Assembly: GCA_964542945.1 (NCBI GenBank)
Contig: CAZIVC010000004.1
Span: 8,062 to 72,061, forward strand
DNA: 64,000 nt
Direction of reading: 5' to 3'
From: an uncultured Gammaproteobacteria bacterium
GTDB taxonomy: Bacteria > Patescibacteriota > Patescibacteriia > 2-12-FULL-60-25
Position 1 is the first letter of the stretch, and every line of letters begins with the position of its first letter. The notes under the pieces were generated by a model. It saw nothing but the letters and a program-made list of their open reading frames with translations, searched no databases and had not been told where the DNA came from. A program made the position numbers and the translations under genes. Positions 41,283-50,920 of the stretch are shown here, piece by piece.

Positions 41283-42436
41283 TGCTTGATCTGCCAAAAA
41301 CGCCATTGGTAGAGCCAGTAACGAGCCCACGCAACAAGAGGGGTTTTGATAGAAAACGGACCTAAATCAAGTATTGCGGTTGATCCAAGCCAGAGAATCG
41401 TGCCAAGCGAAAAGTAACGAAACGGGCGCAGAGGCTGCTTTTGAAGATGTCGTCGAATGTTCTTTGCGAGCGCGCGTCCCATTTTAAGGGCGGTTTGAGC
41501 GTTCTTTGGAATCGCGCGTTGCTTGTCTCGCGCGAGCGCGATGTCCCCGCCGATAAAAATGGAAGGATAGATGCGTAAAAATGGATCAGAGGGCAACCCG
41601 TTTGGCGTTGATTCGATGTGAACGTCGGTTGAGACTAGGTTCGGAGCGAGTCCACCGCCCCAGACGATTGTTTTTGCGACCAATCGATTTCCGGATTTTG
41701 TTTCGCAGCTCGTGTCCGTAACGCGAATCACGGGATCGTTAACGGAAATCACGACGCCTTTTTCCTGGAGGAGAAGACGAGCGCGTTCAATGGTTTTTGG
41801 CAAAAATCCGGGCAATATTTCGGGACCGGCGTGTAGAAGGGCAAAGCGCACTTCTTTTTGAAGTGGGCCGGAACCAATTAAGCGCCTCACGCGCGTTTCA
41901 AGGGCGATGAGCGCTTCAACACCGGTTGCGCCACCACCAACGACGCAAAAACTCAGTAAAGCTAACCGGTCGAGCGGTTCTTTTGTGGTTTTTGCTTGGG
42001 AAATGACCTGTTTTATGTGGCGTTCTAGTGCTTGGAAATCCGCTTCTATTTTGAGAGGAAACGCGTATTCATGGGCTCCAGGCGTGCCAAAAAAGTGCGC
42101 TTGTCCGCCTTGTGCTTCAACGAGAATATCGTACGACACGCTCTGCTCCTCGTCGCGTGCATTTTTTACAACGAGTCGTTTTTCGCGCGCAAAGATGTCT
42201 GTGACGTGCCCATGAATAAAGCGATACCCCCGGTTTTTTGCGAGTTGTGCGTGGCTTGCCACGAGTTGATTGCGTGTAATGCTTCCGCTTAATGCGTCCA
42301 CGAGGCGGGGAGTAAACAGAAATTCGGCCGTCGGGTTGATGAGGGTGATAACACCCATTCCTTGGCGAGCGAGTTCTTTGGCGGCAATCACACCGGTAAA
42401 ACCGCCGCCGATGATAACAATAGAGGGCTCTGGCAT
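41279..42436 (-). CDS. ndh: type II NADH dehydrogenase (NDH-2)-like FAD oxidoreductase
   Basis: IVIIGGGFTGV and VVGGGATGVE dinucleotide motifs and IFIGGD near the C-terminus. 385 aa. Confidence 0.75.
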   Translation of the reverse strand: MPEPSIVIIGGGFTGVIAAKELARQGMGVITLINPTAEFLFTPRLVDALSGSITRNQLVASHAQLAKNRGYRFIHGHVTDIFAREKRLVVKNARDEEQSVSYDILVEAQGGQAHFFGTPGAHEYAFPLKIEADFQALERHIKQVISQAKTTKEPLDRLALLSFCVVGGGATGVEALIALETRVRRLIGSGPLQKEVRFALLHAGPEILPGFLPKTIERARLLLQEKGVVISVNDPVIRVTDTSCETKSGNRLVAKTIVWGGGLAPNLVSTDVHIESTPNGLPSDPFLRIYPSIFIGGDIALARDKQRAIPKNAQTALKMGRALAKNIRRHLQKQPLRPFRYFSLGTILWLGSTAILDLGPFSIKTPLVAWARYWLYQWRFWQIKH

Positions 42437-42490
42437 ACCGGTAGTGTAGGACGTGGATTAAAAGAATGAAAGACAAGCAAACACCGCGGG

Positions 42491-44089
42491 TTAAGCGGTG
42501 CCTTTGTCCCATTGATAGGGGATGTCGTGAAGAGCGATTTTTCGACTTTCTTGCGGATCGTGCAACCCACTCGAACAGTTCGCGATGAGGGCCATTTCTG
42601 GCGCAATATTCTTCCAGGCCATAGCAACTCCAGGCGGGACCGTAAGAAGTTGGTAGTTGTGCTCTCCGAGCGTCACTTCCTGGAACTGTCCGAAGGTGGG
42701 CGATTGTGTACGGGTGTCGTGTAGGACGAACTTGACACGACCTTGTGGTACGGAGACGTTCGTCCAGTTTTTGGTGTGGAGGTTCCAGCCCTTAATCACT
42801 CCGCTGTAAATACCCGAGAAGTACACCTCGCCAAAGGCTTTAAACGCTGGGGTATCGGTCCGCATCATGTGCATGATCTGACCCTGTTCGTTGGCAAGAA
42901 TTTTGAGTGGAGTCAAGCGAATGCCGGCGACGGTGTTTGGGGTCTGAACCATAAGCGCCTCGTCCGCCATTGGTGCAGAAGCGGGGGCTGGCGTTTGCAC
43001 AGAAACCGGCGTTTGCACAAAAGTTGTTGTGCTGGTTTGTTGAGATTGTCCTAAAATTTCTACCCGTTCTTTGTTGCGAGAGTGGAAGTGCTCCTCGTAC
43101 CAAGTGGTGGTTTCGTGAAGACCTTCTTCGAGAGTGAAGGCCGGCTTCCAACCAAGAAGGCGAAGGGCTTTTTCACTAGAAAGTGTTTGTTCTTGGATTT
43201 CCGCTTTGGCCTGGTTAAGAATAACGGGTTCCAGGTGCGATTTGCCCATGGCTTGCAATACGTGATTCACGATCGAAATGGCGGACATGCCATTTCCGGT
43301 GGAAAGGTTGAAGGCTTGTCCAACGACCTCTGGGCGATCCATATTTTCTGCGATCGTGAGATAGCCATTCGCGGCATCACGTACGAAGAAGTAATCACGA
43401 ACGAATTTGCCGTCGCTTCGAATCACAGGACGTTCGCCGTGAATCGCGTGTTTGATAGTTTCCGGAACGATGCGTTGCCAGTTCAAATCACCTGGTCCGT
43501 ACAGGTTGCCACAGCGCGTTACACAGACCGGAAGTTGATACGTTTTGTGATACATCTGCGCCAAAAGATCGGTACACGATTTGGAGCAGTCATAAGGATG
43601 CAAACCGCGCAAGGGAGCGTCTTCGGTATAAGGAAGAACGGGTTGCGCGCCATACGCTTTGTCTGACGAGGCAACCAGGACGCGTTTGACGGTTGGATTT
43701 AAACGACAAGCTTCCAAGACGTTCGCCGTGCCCATGATGTTAATTTCCAGAGTTGGAAGTGGTGTGCGGTTTCCAACGGGAGCGATTGGTTGGGCACCGA
43801 CATGAAATACGGTATCCGCTTCGTACTCAGCAATCGCACGATAGAGCGTTTGATAGTCGACTAAGTCTCCTTGAACGATATTCACTCGTTTGTAGGCAGG
43901 TAAGCTGTATAAGCGGCTATCCGGAGCTAAATCGCGACGAAGCAGTGTGATGTGCGCTCCCATGAGGTCGAGAAGTTCGACAATGGTTGTTCCCAATAAC
44001 CCAAATCCACCTGTCACAAACACGTGACGATTTTCCCAAAATGCACGTCTTTCGGGAGTAACAAGGGCGTTCCAGCGAGGGTTTGTCAT
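42491..44089 (-). CDS. fusion protein: CDP-glucose 4,6-dehydratase-like SDR + RmlC-like (3,5-epimerase) cupin
   Basis: N-terminal FWENRHVFVTGGFGLLG Rossmann motif and SDR YxxxK (YDCSKSC). Thr/Pro/Val/Gln linker. C-terminal cupin with KGWNLH and SPTFGQF resembling dTDP-4-dehydrorhamnose 3,5-epimerases. ATG 44089 (MTNPRWN) is chosen. Confidence 0.75.
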   Translation of the reverse strand: MTNPRWNALVTPERRAFWENRHVFVTGGFGLLGTTIVELLDLMGAHITLLRRDLAPDSRLYSLPAYKRVNIVQGDLVDYQTLYRAIAEYEADTVFHVGAQPIAPVGNRTPLPTLEINIMGTANVLEACRLNPTVKRVLVASSDKAYGAQPVLPYTEDAPLRGLHPYDCSKSCTDLLAQMYHKTYQLPVCVTRCGNLYGPGDLNWQRIVPETIKHAIHGERPVIRSDGKFVRDYFFVRDAANGYLTIAENMDRPEVVGQAFNLSTGNGMSAISIVNHVLQAMGKSHLEPVILNQAKAEIQEQTLSSEKALRLLGWKPAFTLEEGLHETTTWYEEHFHSRNKERVEILGQSQQTSTTTFVQTPVSVQTPAPASAPMADEALMVQTPNTVAGIRLTPLKILANEQGQIMHMMRTDTPAFKAFGEVYFSGIYSGVIKGWNLHTKNWTNVSVPQGRVKFVLHDTRTQSPTFGQFQEVTLGEHNYQLLTVPPGVAMAWKNIAPEMALIANCSSGLHDPQESRKIALHDIPYQWDKGTA

Positions 44090-44273
44090 AGGGAAGAGCG
44101 TTCGTAGAGGAAGAAGAGCGATGGGCTCGAAGATACGAAACAGAGAAAGAATAAAAAACAATCCATTCGCTCAGCACGCGGAAGAAGGCGGCAAGAGGAA
44201 AGGATCGATTGGATTCTACTCTACGAAGCGTGCTATGGGATGACAAGATCTTTTGTCAAGGCGTGGGTGCGGT

Positions 44274-45074
44274 CTACCACGTTTTCCATTTCGGATCGGT
44301 CTTCCAGAGCTTTTCGAGATCTTCTTTGTCTTTATACGTGTCCATCGAGTGCCAAAAATCTTCATGAGCGTACATCGCGACCTTCCCGTCTTTGGCGGCC
44401 TCGATAAGCGCATCTTCGATCATTTGGTTGGGTTTTGTGTAGTCAAAAAAGCCTTGTTCAACGACCCAGAATCCGGCGTTTGTGTAGTCAGGAAGCTGTG
44501 GATATTGGGTAAAGTTCGTCACGAGTCCATCATCAGTAAATTTCACTAAGCCGTATTTGGAGCGTGGGTGCACGCCGGTGATCGTCACCAAGATACCGTG
44601 CTTCTTTCGTTGCTCGTCGTGAAAATCGATGAGTTTTTCAAAATCCACATTTGTAACTCCGTCGCCATACGTAAACATGAACGGCCCATTGTTGAGATAG
44701 GGGCGTACTTTCATGAGGCGATCGGATGTGAGGGATTCGAGACCTGTGTCTGCGCAGAGTACGTGGAAATCATCACTTTCATCTTGCGTTACAACGTTCA
44801 CCATGCCGGTTCGTGTGTTGATATGAACATCATTTGTCAACTCGCGATGATTCAAGAAAAATTCTTTGATCTGGTTACCTCGATAGCCTAAACACAGGAC
44901 AAAATTCTTGTATCCTTGAGCGCTGTACCCCTTCATGATATGCCAGAGAATCGGCTTTCCCCCGATCTCTACCATGGGTTTTGGGCGAAATTCCGTTTCT
45001 TCACGAAGACGTGTTCCCATACCGCCGCATGCAATGACAACGGGCATGAGTTGACGAAGGGGGAGTTTGTCCAT
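44274..45074 (-). CDS. rfbF: glucose-1-phosphate cytidylyltransferase
   Basis: VVIACGGMGTRLREETEFRPKPMVEIGGKPILWHIMKGY ... LCLGYRGNQIKEFF is the RfbF pattern. The start is uncertain (45131, 45074 or 45047). Confidence 0.85.
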   Translation of the reverse strand: MDKLPLRQLMPVVIACGGMGTRLREETEFRPKPMVEIGGKPILWHIMKGYSAQGYKNFVLCLGYRGNQIKEFFLNHRELTNDVHINTRTGMVNVVTQDESDDFHVLCADTGLESLTSDRLMKVRPYLNNGPFMFTYGDGVTNVDFEKLIDFHDEQRKKHGILVTITGVHPRSKYGLVKFTDDGLVTNFTQYPQLPDYTNAGFWVVEQGFFDYTKPNQMIEDALIEAAKDGKVAMYAHEDFWHSMDTYKDKEDLEKLWKTDPKWKTW

Positions 45075-45139
45075 AGGATGCTTTTCAAATGAATTGGAGC
45101 TCATCCTAGGAGGGGAGAGAGCGACTGTCAACGAATTTT

Positions 45140-46030
45140 ATGACCACCCCTACACATCCTGATGTGAGTGTCGTGATTGTGAGCTGGAATGTGCGGCGCC
45201 TCTTAGAGGCGAATCTCCAGCGTCTTCAGGAGCTATCTGATCGTGTCACACGGGAAGTATTTGTGGTCGATAACGGATCCCACGACGGTACTGCCGAAAT
45301 GGTGCGTTCGCGTTTTCCTTGGGTGAAGCTTATAACAAATGATTGGGACGCTGGATTTGCGGGCCCAAACAACCAGGCACTGCGCCTTGCGCGGGGAGAC
45401 GTGTGTATTCTTTTGAATCCCGACATGTTGGTTGAACCTGGCGCTCTCGATCATGTGCACAAGCGATTAACAAGTGAAAACGATCTTGGTGTGTTGGGCG
45501 TACAGCTGCGCGGAATCGACGGAAAACCCATCAAGGGATCTGTGCGTCGCTTGCCAGACATCCGTTCGCAGCTCGTGATTTTGCTTAAATTGCAGCATCT
45601 TTTTCCGCATCTTCTCAATCATTACTTGTGGAATGATTTTGATTTTTCGAGTTCGCAGGACGTTCCCCAGGTGCGCGGCTCCTTTTTCGCGTTTCGTCGG
45701 GAGTTGCTTTCGAGTATTGGGTACCTCGACGATCGCTATCACATTTGGTTTGAAGAAGTGGATTATTGTTTGCGTGTTCAGCAGGCCGGCATGCGTGTTG
45801 CCTACGACGCCACGGTTTTTGCTCAGGATTATGTGGGGAAAAGCGTCTCGCAGATGAAGCGCTTAGAGACCCAGTGGATTTTTGGGAACAGCATGACGCG
45901 CTATTTCTGGAAGTGGAAACCGTTGTGGCAGTTGGTACTCGTGCTTCTCGCGCGTCCAATCGGCCTTTTGGCGGCAATCTTGGCGGATCTCTGGGCCTCG
46001 CTTCGTAAACCGTCACCGTCTTACCTATGA
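45140..46030 (+). CDS. family 2 glycosyltransferase
   Basis: VSVVIVSWN ... VVDNGSHDGT ... LLNPDM ... FEEVDYCLR (rhamnosyltransferase-like GT2 pattern). Confidence 0.8.
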   Translation: MTTPTHPDVSVVIVSWNVRRLLEANLQRLQELSDRVTREVFVVDNGSHDGTAEMVRSRFPWVKLITNDWDAGFAGPNNQALRLARGDVCILLNPDMLVEPGALDHVHKRLTSENDLGVLGVQLRGIDGKPIKGSVRRLPDIRSQLVILLKLQHLFPHLLNHYLWNDFDFSSSQDVPQVRGSFFAFRRELLSSIGYLDDRYHIWFEEVDYCLRVQQAGMRVAYDATVFAQDYVGKSVSQMKRLETQWIFGNSMTRYFWKWKPLWQLVLVLLARPIGLLAAILADLWASLRKPSPSYL

Positions 46031-47850
46031 CCATCGCGCTTCAGCTTTCTTGTTATAATGGCAGTCGCTACCTGCCGCATGTGTTTGCGGCGCTTGCGAG
46101 ACAAACACGCCAAGATTGGACGCTTTACATGCTTGATAACGCTTCTCGCGATGATGAGGCGGCGGTGATTCGTGCGGCAGTTGAGCAGGCGCCATTTCCG
46201 GTGAATCTTTCTCGTGTAGAAAAAAACATTGGTTTTGCCGGAGCACATAACCTGCTTTTTGAGAAGCATAAAGCAACCTCTGACATCGTCGTTCTCTTGA
46301 ATGACGATGCGATGCTTGAGCCAGCCTACGTTGAGGAGGTTGTGAAAACGCTGGAGCAGCATCCAGAGTGCGCGTCTGTTTCAGGGGCTGTCTACCGTTG
46401 GCGATTCGAAGGAAAACATGGTCCGCTCTACGGAAAAACGGAGGTGATCGATACACTGGGCATTAAAGAAGACGTGTTTGGTCGCGTAAAAGACGTGGCG
46501 GCACGTAAAACGATTGCGTGGGAGACGTTGCCATCCGAAGGGTGGGAGGTGGCCGGTGTTTCGGGTTGTTTGCCGGCCTACCGCGTAAAAGCGGTGCTCG
46601 AAGTCAGTCCATGGGGAACGCTCTTCGATCCATCATTCCGCATCTACAAAGAAGATGTCGATATTGCTCGCCGCTTTGCACTTTTTGGGTGGACGGCTCG
46701 TATTGCGCCCCTCGCGATCGCCTATCATCGCCGAACAGCAGGCTCGTCGCTTCTTTCGCTCAATCGTCCGACCGGTGAATCGGCTTATTTTTCCTATCGT
46801 AATCACTTGTGGCTGCTCTTTACGTATGAACAGGGCGCGCGTTGGTTGCGGTTGCCATTGGTGTTGTTCATGGAGCTTGCACAAACGGTGTACTGGCTGC
46901 TTCGTAAGCCGAGTATTGTGATCGATGCGTGGCGTGAAACACGAGAAGCCTGGAAAGCGCTCATGGAAAAACGAGCCTGGATTCGCAAAATGCGTCGTGT
47001 CCATACGGGAGGACGTCGCGTACGCGAACCGGAAATTCCATCGGCGGATATTGCTGTCGTCATGGTCACGCACAACGACGTGAGTGAAGAGTGTTTACGT
47101 TCCTTGGCGTTGGCGAAGCAGTCGTCGAAGCGCAAGATCGGCATCATGGTGGTGGACAATGATTCGAAAAATGCCGATGTTCATCGTGTAGCGACTTCGA
47201 TCATCCCTGACGCGGCCATTCTTTTACGTAATGGGGACTTTGGCTTTGGTCGATCGTGCAATCGTGGAGCAAAACACATTCGAGCAAAGCATTACTTCTT
47301 CTTGAACCCAGATACGGTCGTTACAGATTCTGCGATGTTTGATCGGTTTGCGGATGAGCTTGAAAAAGACGCGAGTATCGGCATCATTGCTCCAAAGATT
47401 TTCTACTTTGACGGTCGCTTGCAAGAAACGTGCCGTCGATTTCCAAAGTGGTACATGCCGTTCGTTCAGCGCTCGAAGCTTGGCGAAACGATCTGGGGAA
47501 AAGCCTATGCGGCAGAATTTGCGATGCGCGACTTCGATCATGCGTCACGCAAGGTTGTGGACTGGGTTCAGGGTTCGGCATTCATGATTTCCGGGGATCT
47601 TTTACGCATCATCGGCGGCTTCGATGAGCGTTTCTGGCTGTACTTTGAGGACATGGACCTGTGCCGACGAGCGGGGGTGTTTGGAAAGAGCGTTGTCTAT
47701 GAACCGGCGCTCACCTTAAAGCATGCGCATGGCAAAGAGTCGGCTAAGTATCGCAATTTCTTTGTGAATTTAGTGGCAAACGAAGCGGCACGGGCGCATA
47801 TTATTAGTTGGTTCCTCTACACGGTGAAGTGGTTTCGCGTACAATCATAA
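46027..47850 (+). CDS. double-domain family 2 glycosyltransferase (607 aa)
   Basis: Two GT-A modules: LDNASRDD ... LNDDA ... KEDVDIARR, and VVDNDSKN ... FLNPDT ... FEDMDLCRR. ATGA overlap with the previous gene. Confidence 0.8.
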   Translation: MTIALQLSCYNGSRYLPHVFAALARQTRQDWTLYMLDNASRDDEAAVIRAAVEQAPFPVNLSRVEKNIGFAGAHNLLFEKHKATSDIVVLLNDDAMLEPAYVEEVVKTLEQHPECASVSGAVYRWRFEGKHGPLYGKTEVIDTLGIKEDVFGRVKDVAARKTIAWETLPSEGWEVAGVSGCLPAYRVKAVLEVSPWGTLFDPSFRIYKEDVDIARRFALFGWTARIAPLAIAYHRRTAGSSLLSLNRPTGESAYFSYRNHLWLLFTYEQGARWLRLPLVLFMELAQTVYWLLRKPSIVIDAWRETREAWKALMEKRAWIRKMRRVHTGGRRVREPEIPSADIAVVMVTHNDVSEECLRSLALAKQSSKRKIGIMVVDNDSKNADVHRVATSIIPDAAILLRNGDFGFGRSCNRGAKHIRAKHYFFLNPDTVVTDSAMFDRFADELEKDASIGIIAPKIFYFDGRLQETCRRFPKWYMPFVQRSKLGETIWGKAYAAEFAMRDFDHASRKVVDWVQGSAFMISGDLLRIIGGFDERFWLYFEDMDLCRRAGVFGKSVVYEPALTLKHAHGKESAKYRNFFVNLVANEAARAHIISWFLYTVKWFRVQS

Positions 47851-47858
47851 ATAGATCT

Positions 47859-49025
47859 ATGTCTCTCATCTCTGTCCTCCCGCGCGTAGCGATCGTTTAT
47901 CTCACTTATAACGGTCCCGATTCAGAGCGCGATATCACGCGTTGCTTTGAAACGATTACCAAGATTAACTATCCTCTGGAGTTGCTTGAAGTGATTTGTG
48001 TAGAAAATCCTTCCAAGCATGGAGCTAGTTGGCCGTTCATCGAGCGTGATTGGCGTTCACGTGAAGGAAAGGATTTTCCAAAACTCACGATTGAGAAAAA
48101 TGAAAAGGATCTTGGGTACTCAGGTGCGTGCAACGTTGGTGCTCGTATTGCAGATGAACACGGATGTGATTACGCGTATCTCCTTAACCAAGACGCAGAC
48201 ACGGATCCTGATTTTATCAAGACCGCCGTTGAACGTGCAGAAAGCGACCCGCAAATTGGGTTTGTACAGTCACTGATATTATTGGGTGATAACAAAGAAG
48301 AGGTGAACTCAATCGGTAACGAATACCATTTCTTGGGATATGGTTACTCGGGGGGCTATCATTGGTCCAAAAAGCGTGCGCTGGCACATCTCGACGTGGA
48401 GCGGCAAACTAACCCTCGCTTGGAAGTCCCGTATTACAGCGGTGCGGGAGTGCTCGTCCGTTTGTCGATGATGCGGAAAATCGGTCTCTATGATACGCCG
48501 TTCTACATGTATCACGAAGATGTTGACGCGAGCTTCAACGCGCGTGTACATGGTTATCATGTCGTGATCGAACCAAAGAGTATCATTTATCACTACTACG
48601 CATTTTCGCGCAGCATCAAAAAGTTCTACTGGATCGAGCGGAACCGTTATCTCGTGATGCTGAGTTACTACAAGCTCGCGACGTGGCTCCTGATTTTCCC
48701 GGCATTCCTCGTGGTCGAAGTCGGCTCGTTCTTGTTTTCTATCAAGAGCGGTTGGTGGCGTGAACGCTTGCGGGCCTACGCGTTTTACCTCAAGCCTTCT
48801 ACTTGGGAATGGGTGCGTATTCGCCGGCAGCGCATTCAAACCGAGCGCATGGTGAATGATCGTGGCTTGCTTGCGCTCGCTGAGTCGCGCATTCTCTTCC
48901 AGGAAGGCACGCAAGAGAACACACAGGTGGGCAGTACCGGAGTGAGTGGTTTCTTGGTGCAAGGTATCGCGAACCCGCTTCTCACACTGTATTGGAACAT
49001 CGTCTACGCGTTGATTCGCTGGTAA
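47859..49025 (+). CDS. family 2 glycosyltransferase with C-terminal membrane segment
   Basis: VAIVYLTYNG ... LLNQDAD ... YHEDVDASFN, with TM helices near the C-terminus. ATG 47859 is chosen. Confidence 0.8.
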   Translation: MSLISVLPRVAIVYLTYNGPDSERDITRCFETITKINYPLELLEVICVENPSKHGASWPFIERDWRSREGKDFPKLTIEKNEKDLGYSGACNVGARIADEHGCDYAYLLNQDADTDPDFIKTAVERAESDPQIGFVQSLILLGDNKEEVNSIGNEYHFLGYGYSGGYHWSKKRALAHLDVERQTNPRLEVPYYSGAGVLVRLSMMRKIGLYDTPFYMYHEDVDASFNARVHGYHVVIEPKSIIYHYYAFSRSIKKFYWIERNRYLVMLSYYKLATWLLIFPAFLVVEVGSFLFSIKSGWWRERLRAYAFYLKPSTWEWVRIRRQRIQTERMVNDRGLLALAESRILFQEGTQENTQVGSTGVSGFLVQGIANPLLTLYWNIVYALIRW

Positions 49026-49032
49026 TGAAAAT

Positions 49033-49056
49033 AAAATCCCCCATCTGGGGTTTTAT
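49033..49056. terminator. bidirectional terminator-like hairpin between convergent genes
   Basis: AAAATCCCCC ATCT GGGGTTTT with flanking A/T runs. Confidence 0.55.
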
Positions 49057-49607
49057 TATGCGGGTTGAATGCCAAGGGAATCGAGGATGGTTCGCATGCT
49101 TGGCACCTCGTCGACGGTCGGATAGCGATAGTCTTCTTTATCATACGGAGTCGAGCCGAGGGCGATGGTCATAACGCGCTCGTCTGTGAGAGGAATCACG
49201 GCATGGTAGACGCCCGCCGGCACGCGCAAACGAGGGAGCGAGCCTTCGTCGAGGGTGTAGCAGGGAAGATCTGGGAGCCCTTCGCTCTTGCGAAGGCCCA
49301 TAATAAACGCGACGGTTTTTTGAAACGTGGGACTCGCTTCACGAAAATCGGACAAAATCCACAACGCCGTCCCACTCATTGGAAGAAAGAGTTCGTTAAG
49401 CACGGGATGATAGTGCCCGCCACGCATGACGTTTTTTCCTTCCGCGGTGAAAGCGTAAACGTCTTTGAGTTCTGAGCCAAAGCCTTCTGGGTTTAATACG
49501 CCTCCAGGAAGAACGTGAAGAACGGCGCCTCGCATGTCGCCAATGCGCGATTGGCGCTCGATAGTGGCTCCGTTGAGACCGGTTTCAATAACGCTTACGG
49601 TTGGCAT
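49056..49607 (-). CDS. RmlC-like cupin (sugar-nucleotide 3,5-epimerase/isomerase family)
   Basis: 183 aa. DMRGAVLH, RGGHYH and ASPTFQK motifs resemble dTDP-4-dehydrorhamnose 3,5-epimerase-type cupins. Confidence 0.65.
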   Translation of the reverse strand: MPTVSVIETGLNGATIERQSRIGDMRGAVLHVLPGGVLNPEGFGSELKDVYAFTAEGKNVMRGGHYHPVLNELFLPMSGTALWILSDFREASPTFQKTVAFIMGLRKSEGLPDLPCYTLDEGSLPRLRVPAGVYHAVIPLTDERVMTIALGSTPYDKEDYRYPTVDEVPSMRTILDSLGIQPA

Positions 49608-50479
49608 AAGTCAGACAGGTTAGGAGGATTTTGCTTAAAAAAGTCACGTTGCGCCTCGCGCCAGTGGCGAAGGGGTGGCAGTTTAGTGGAGAGAAGTTCA
49701 AGGCGCGCTGGTCGTTTTGCGGCGCGGTTTAATTCTTTTGGATCGCGTTCGACGAATGTGGTGGGCAGGTTAAGGTCTTCTCCGATCGCGCATGCCCATT
49801 CGTACCAGGTCGCCGGCGTACCGCTGTTGGTTGCGTGGTAAATACCCGGGGCAGGACGCGTGACAAAGAAGTATGTTTCGAGGTAGCAAGCGAGATCGTG
49901 TACGGACGTTGGCAAGCCGTGCTCTTCGCGGTTCACAGGGACGGTTGCGCTTTTTCCTGCGTCGCGAAGAATGAGATCGATAAAGCTTTTCTTTGCGTTT
50001 ACCGATTCGGCCGATGCGCCAAAGAGACGCGCGGTGCGGATCACCCAACTTCCTTCAGGGTAGGCGTTCAAAACGGCTTGTTCCCCTTGGTGTTTTGATA
50101 ATCCATAGACGTTGATTGGGCTGGGGGCGTCCTCTTCGGTGTAGCAAGGCTTTCTTCCATCGAAGACATAGTCGGTCGAAATATGAAGAAACGGGAGCTG
50201 GAGGTGTTTTGCGGTCTTAGCGAGACGCTCTGGGAGAACCGCGTTCAGGAAAAACGCCTCTTGTTTAACGGGATCGCTTTCGGCTTGATCGACGGCATTG
50301 TTTGCGATTGTGTTCAGAATAAGGTCGGGTGCGTGTGTCTCGAGGTAGGCGCGCAAAGCGCTTTCATTGGACGGATCGAGTTCTTGCCTGGAGGGGGCAA
50401 GAAACGACACAGAAGCGACGTCGTTTCGGAGAGCGGTGCCAAGGCGCCCGCTTCCACCAAGTAAAAGAATGGTAGGCAT
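49595..50479 (-). CDS. dTDP-4-dehydrorhamnose reductase-like SDR (RmlD family)
   Basis: ILLLGGSGRLG Rossmann motif, ISTDYVFDG and YGLSKHQGE (YxxxK). 294 aa. Confidence 0.8.
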   Translation of the reverse strand: MPTILLLGGSGRLGTALRNDVASVSFLAPSRQELDPSNESALRAYLETHAPDLILNTIANNAVDQAESDPVKQEAFFLNAVLPERLAKTAKHLQLPFLHISTDYVFDGRKPCYTEEDAPSPINVYGLSKHQGEQAVLNAYPEGSWVIRTARLFGASAESVNAKKSFIDLILRDAGKSATVPVNREEHGLPTSVHDLACYLETYFFVTRPAPGIYHATNSGTPATWYEWACAIGEDLNLPTTFVERDPKELNRAAKRPARLELLSTKLPPLRHWREAQRDFFKQNPPNLSDLCQP

Positions 50480-50523
50480 GAGGTTATCCTAGAAGGTGCT
50501 GCGCACGTGAGCAAGGCTCCCCC

Positions 50524-50552
50524 TTGCCAAACTCGCCGACTTTCGCTAAGAT
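50524..50552 (+). promoter_or_regulatory. sigma70-like promoter of rpmE (TTGCCA-N17-TAAGAT)
   Basis: TTGCCA 50524-50529, 17-nt spacer, TAAGAT 50547-50552. ATG 50562 is 9 nt downstream. Confidence 0.4.
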
Positions 50553-50561
50553 AGGGCCCAT

Positions 50562-50861
50562 ATGAAATCCAGCCTTCATCCAACGTATTACACGAATTCC
50601 AAGGTGGTTTGCGCCTGTGGAAACGAGTTCAGCGTTGGTTCTACCATGCCGGAATTGCGTGTTGAATTGTGTTCAAAGTGCCACCCGTTCTATACCGGAA
50701 CCCAGAAGCTCTTGGACACGTCGCGCCGTGTTGAGAAATTCGTCGAAAAATCCAAAGCTAAGGACGCGATCACAGCTGTTACAGGCAAAAAAGCCAAGTC
50801 CGCCAAGCGTGCCGCTCAGAAAGAAGCCAAGAAGGCCGCCAAGCAGACGGTTGAGGCTTAG
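50562..50861 (+). CDS. rpmE: 50S ribosomal protein L31 (Cys-containing type A) with Lys/Ala-rich C-terminal tail
   Basis: [10 protein letters not shown] ... CACGNEF ... [10 protein letters not shown]. There are about 30 extra residues ([35 protein letters not shown]). Confidence 0.9.
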   Translation: MKSSLHPTYYTNSKVVCACGNEFSVGSTMPELRVELCSKCHPFYTGTQKLLDTSRRVEKFVEKSKAKDAITAVTGKKAKSAKRAAQKEAKKAAKQTVEA

Positions 50862-50870
50862 CATTGAACA

Positions 50871-50894
50871 AAAACGGCCTATTCGGCTGTTTTT
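50871..50894 (+). terminator. rho-independent terminator of rpmE
   Basis: 7-bp stem AACGGCC 50873-50879 / GGCTGTT 50885-50891 (one G-U pair) and a T-run. Confidence 0.65.
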
Positions 50895-50920
50895 GTTATT
50901 CTTAAGTCGGTTTCTTATCT

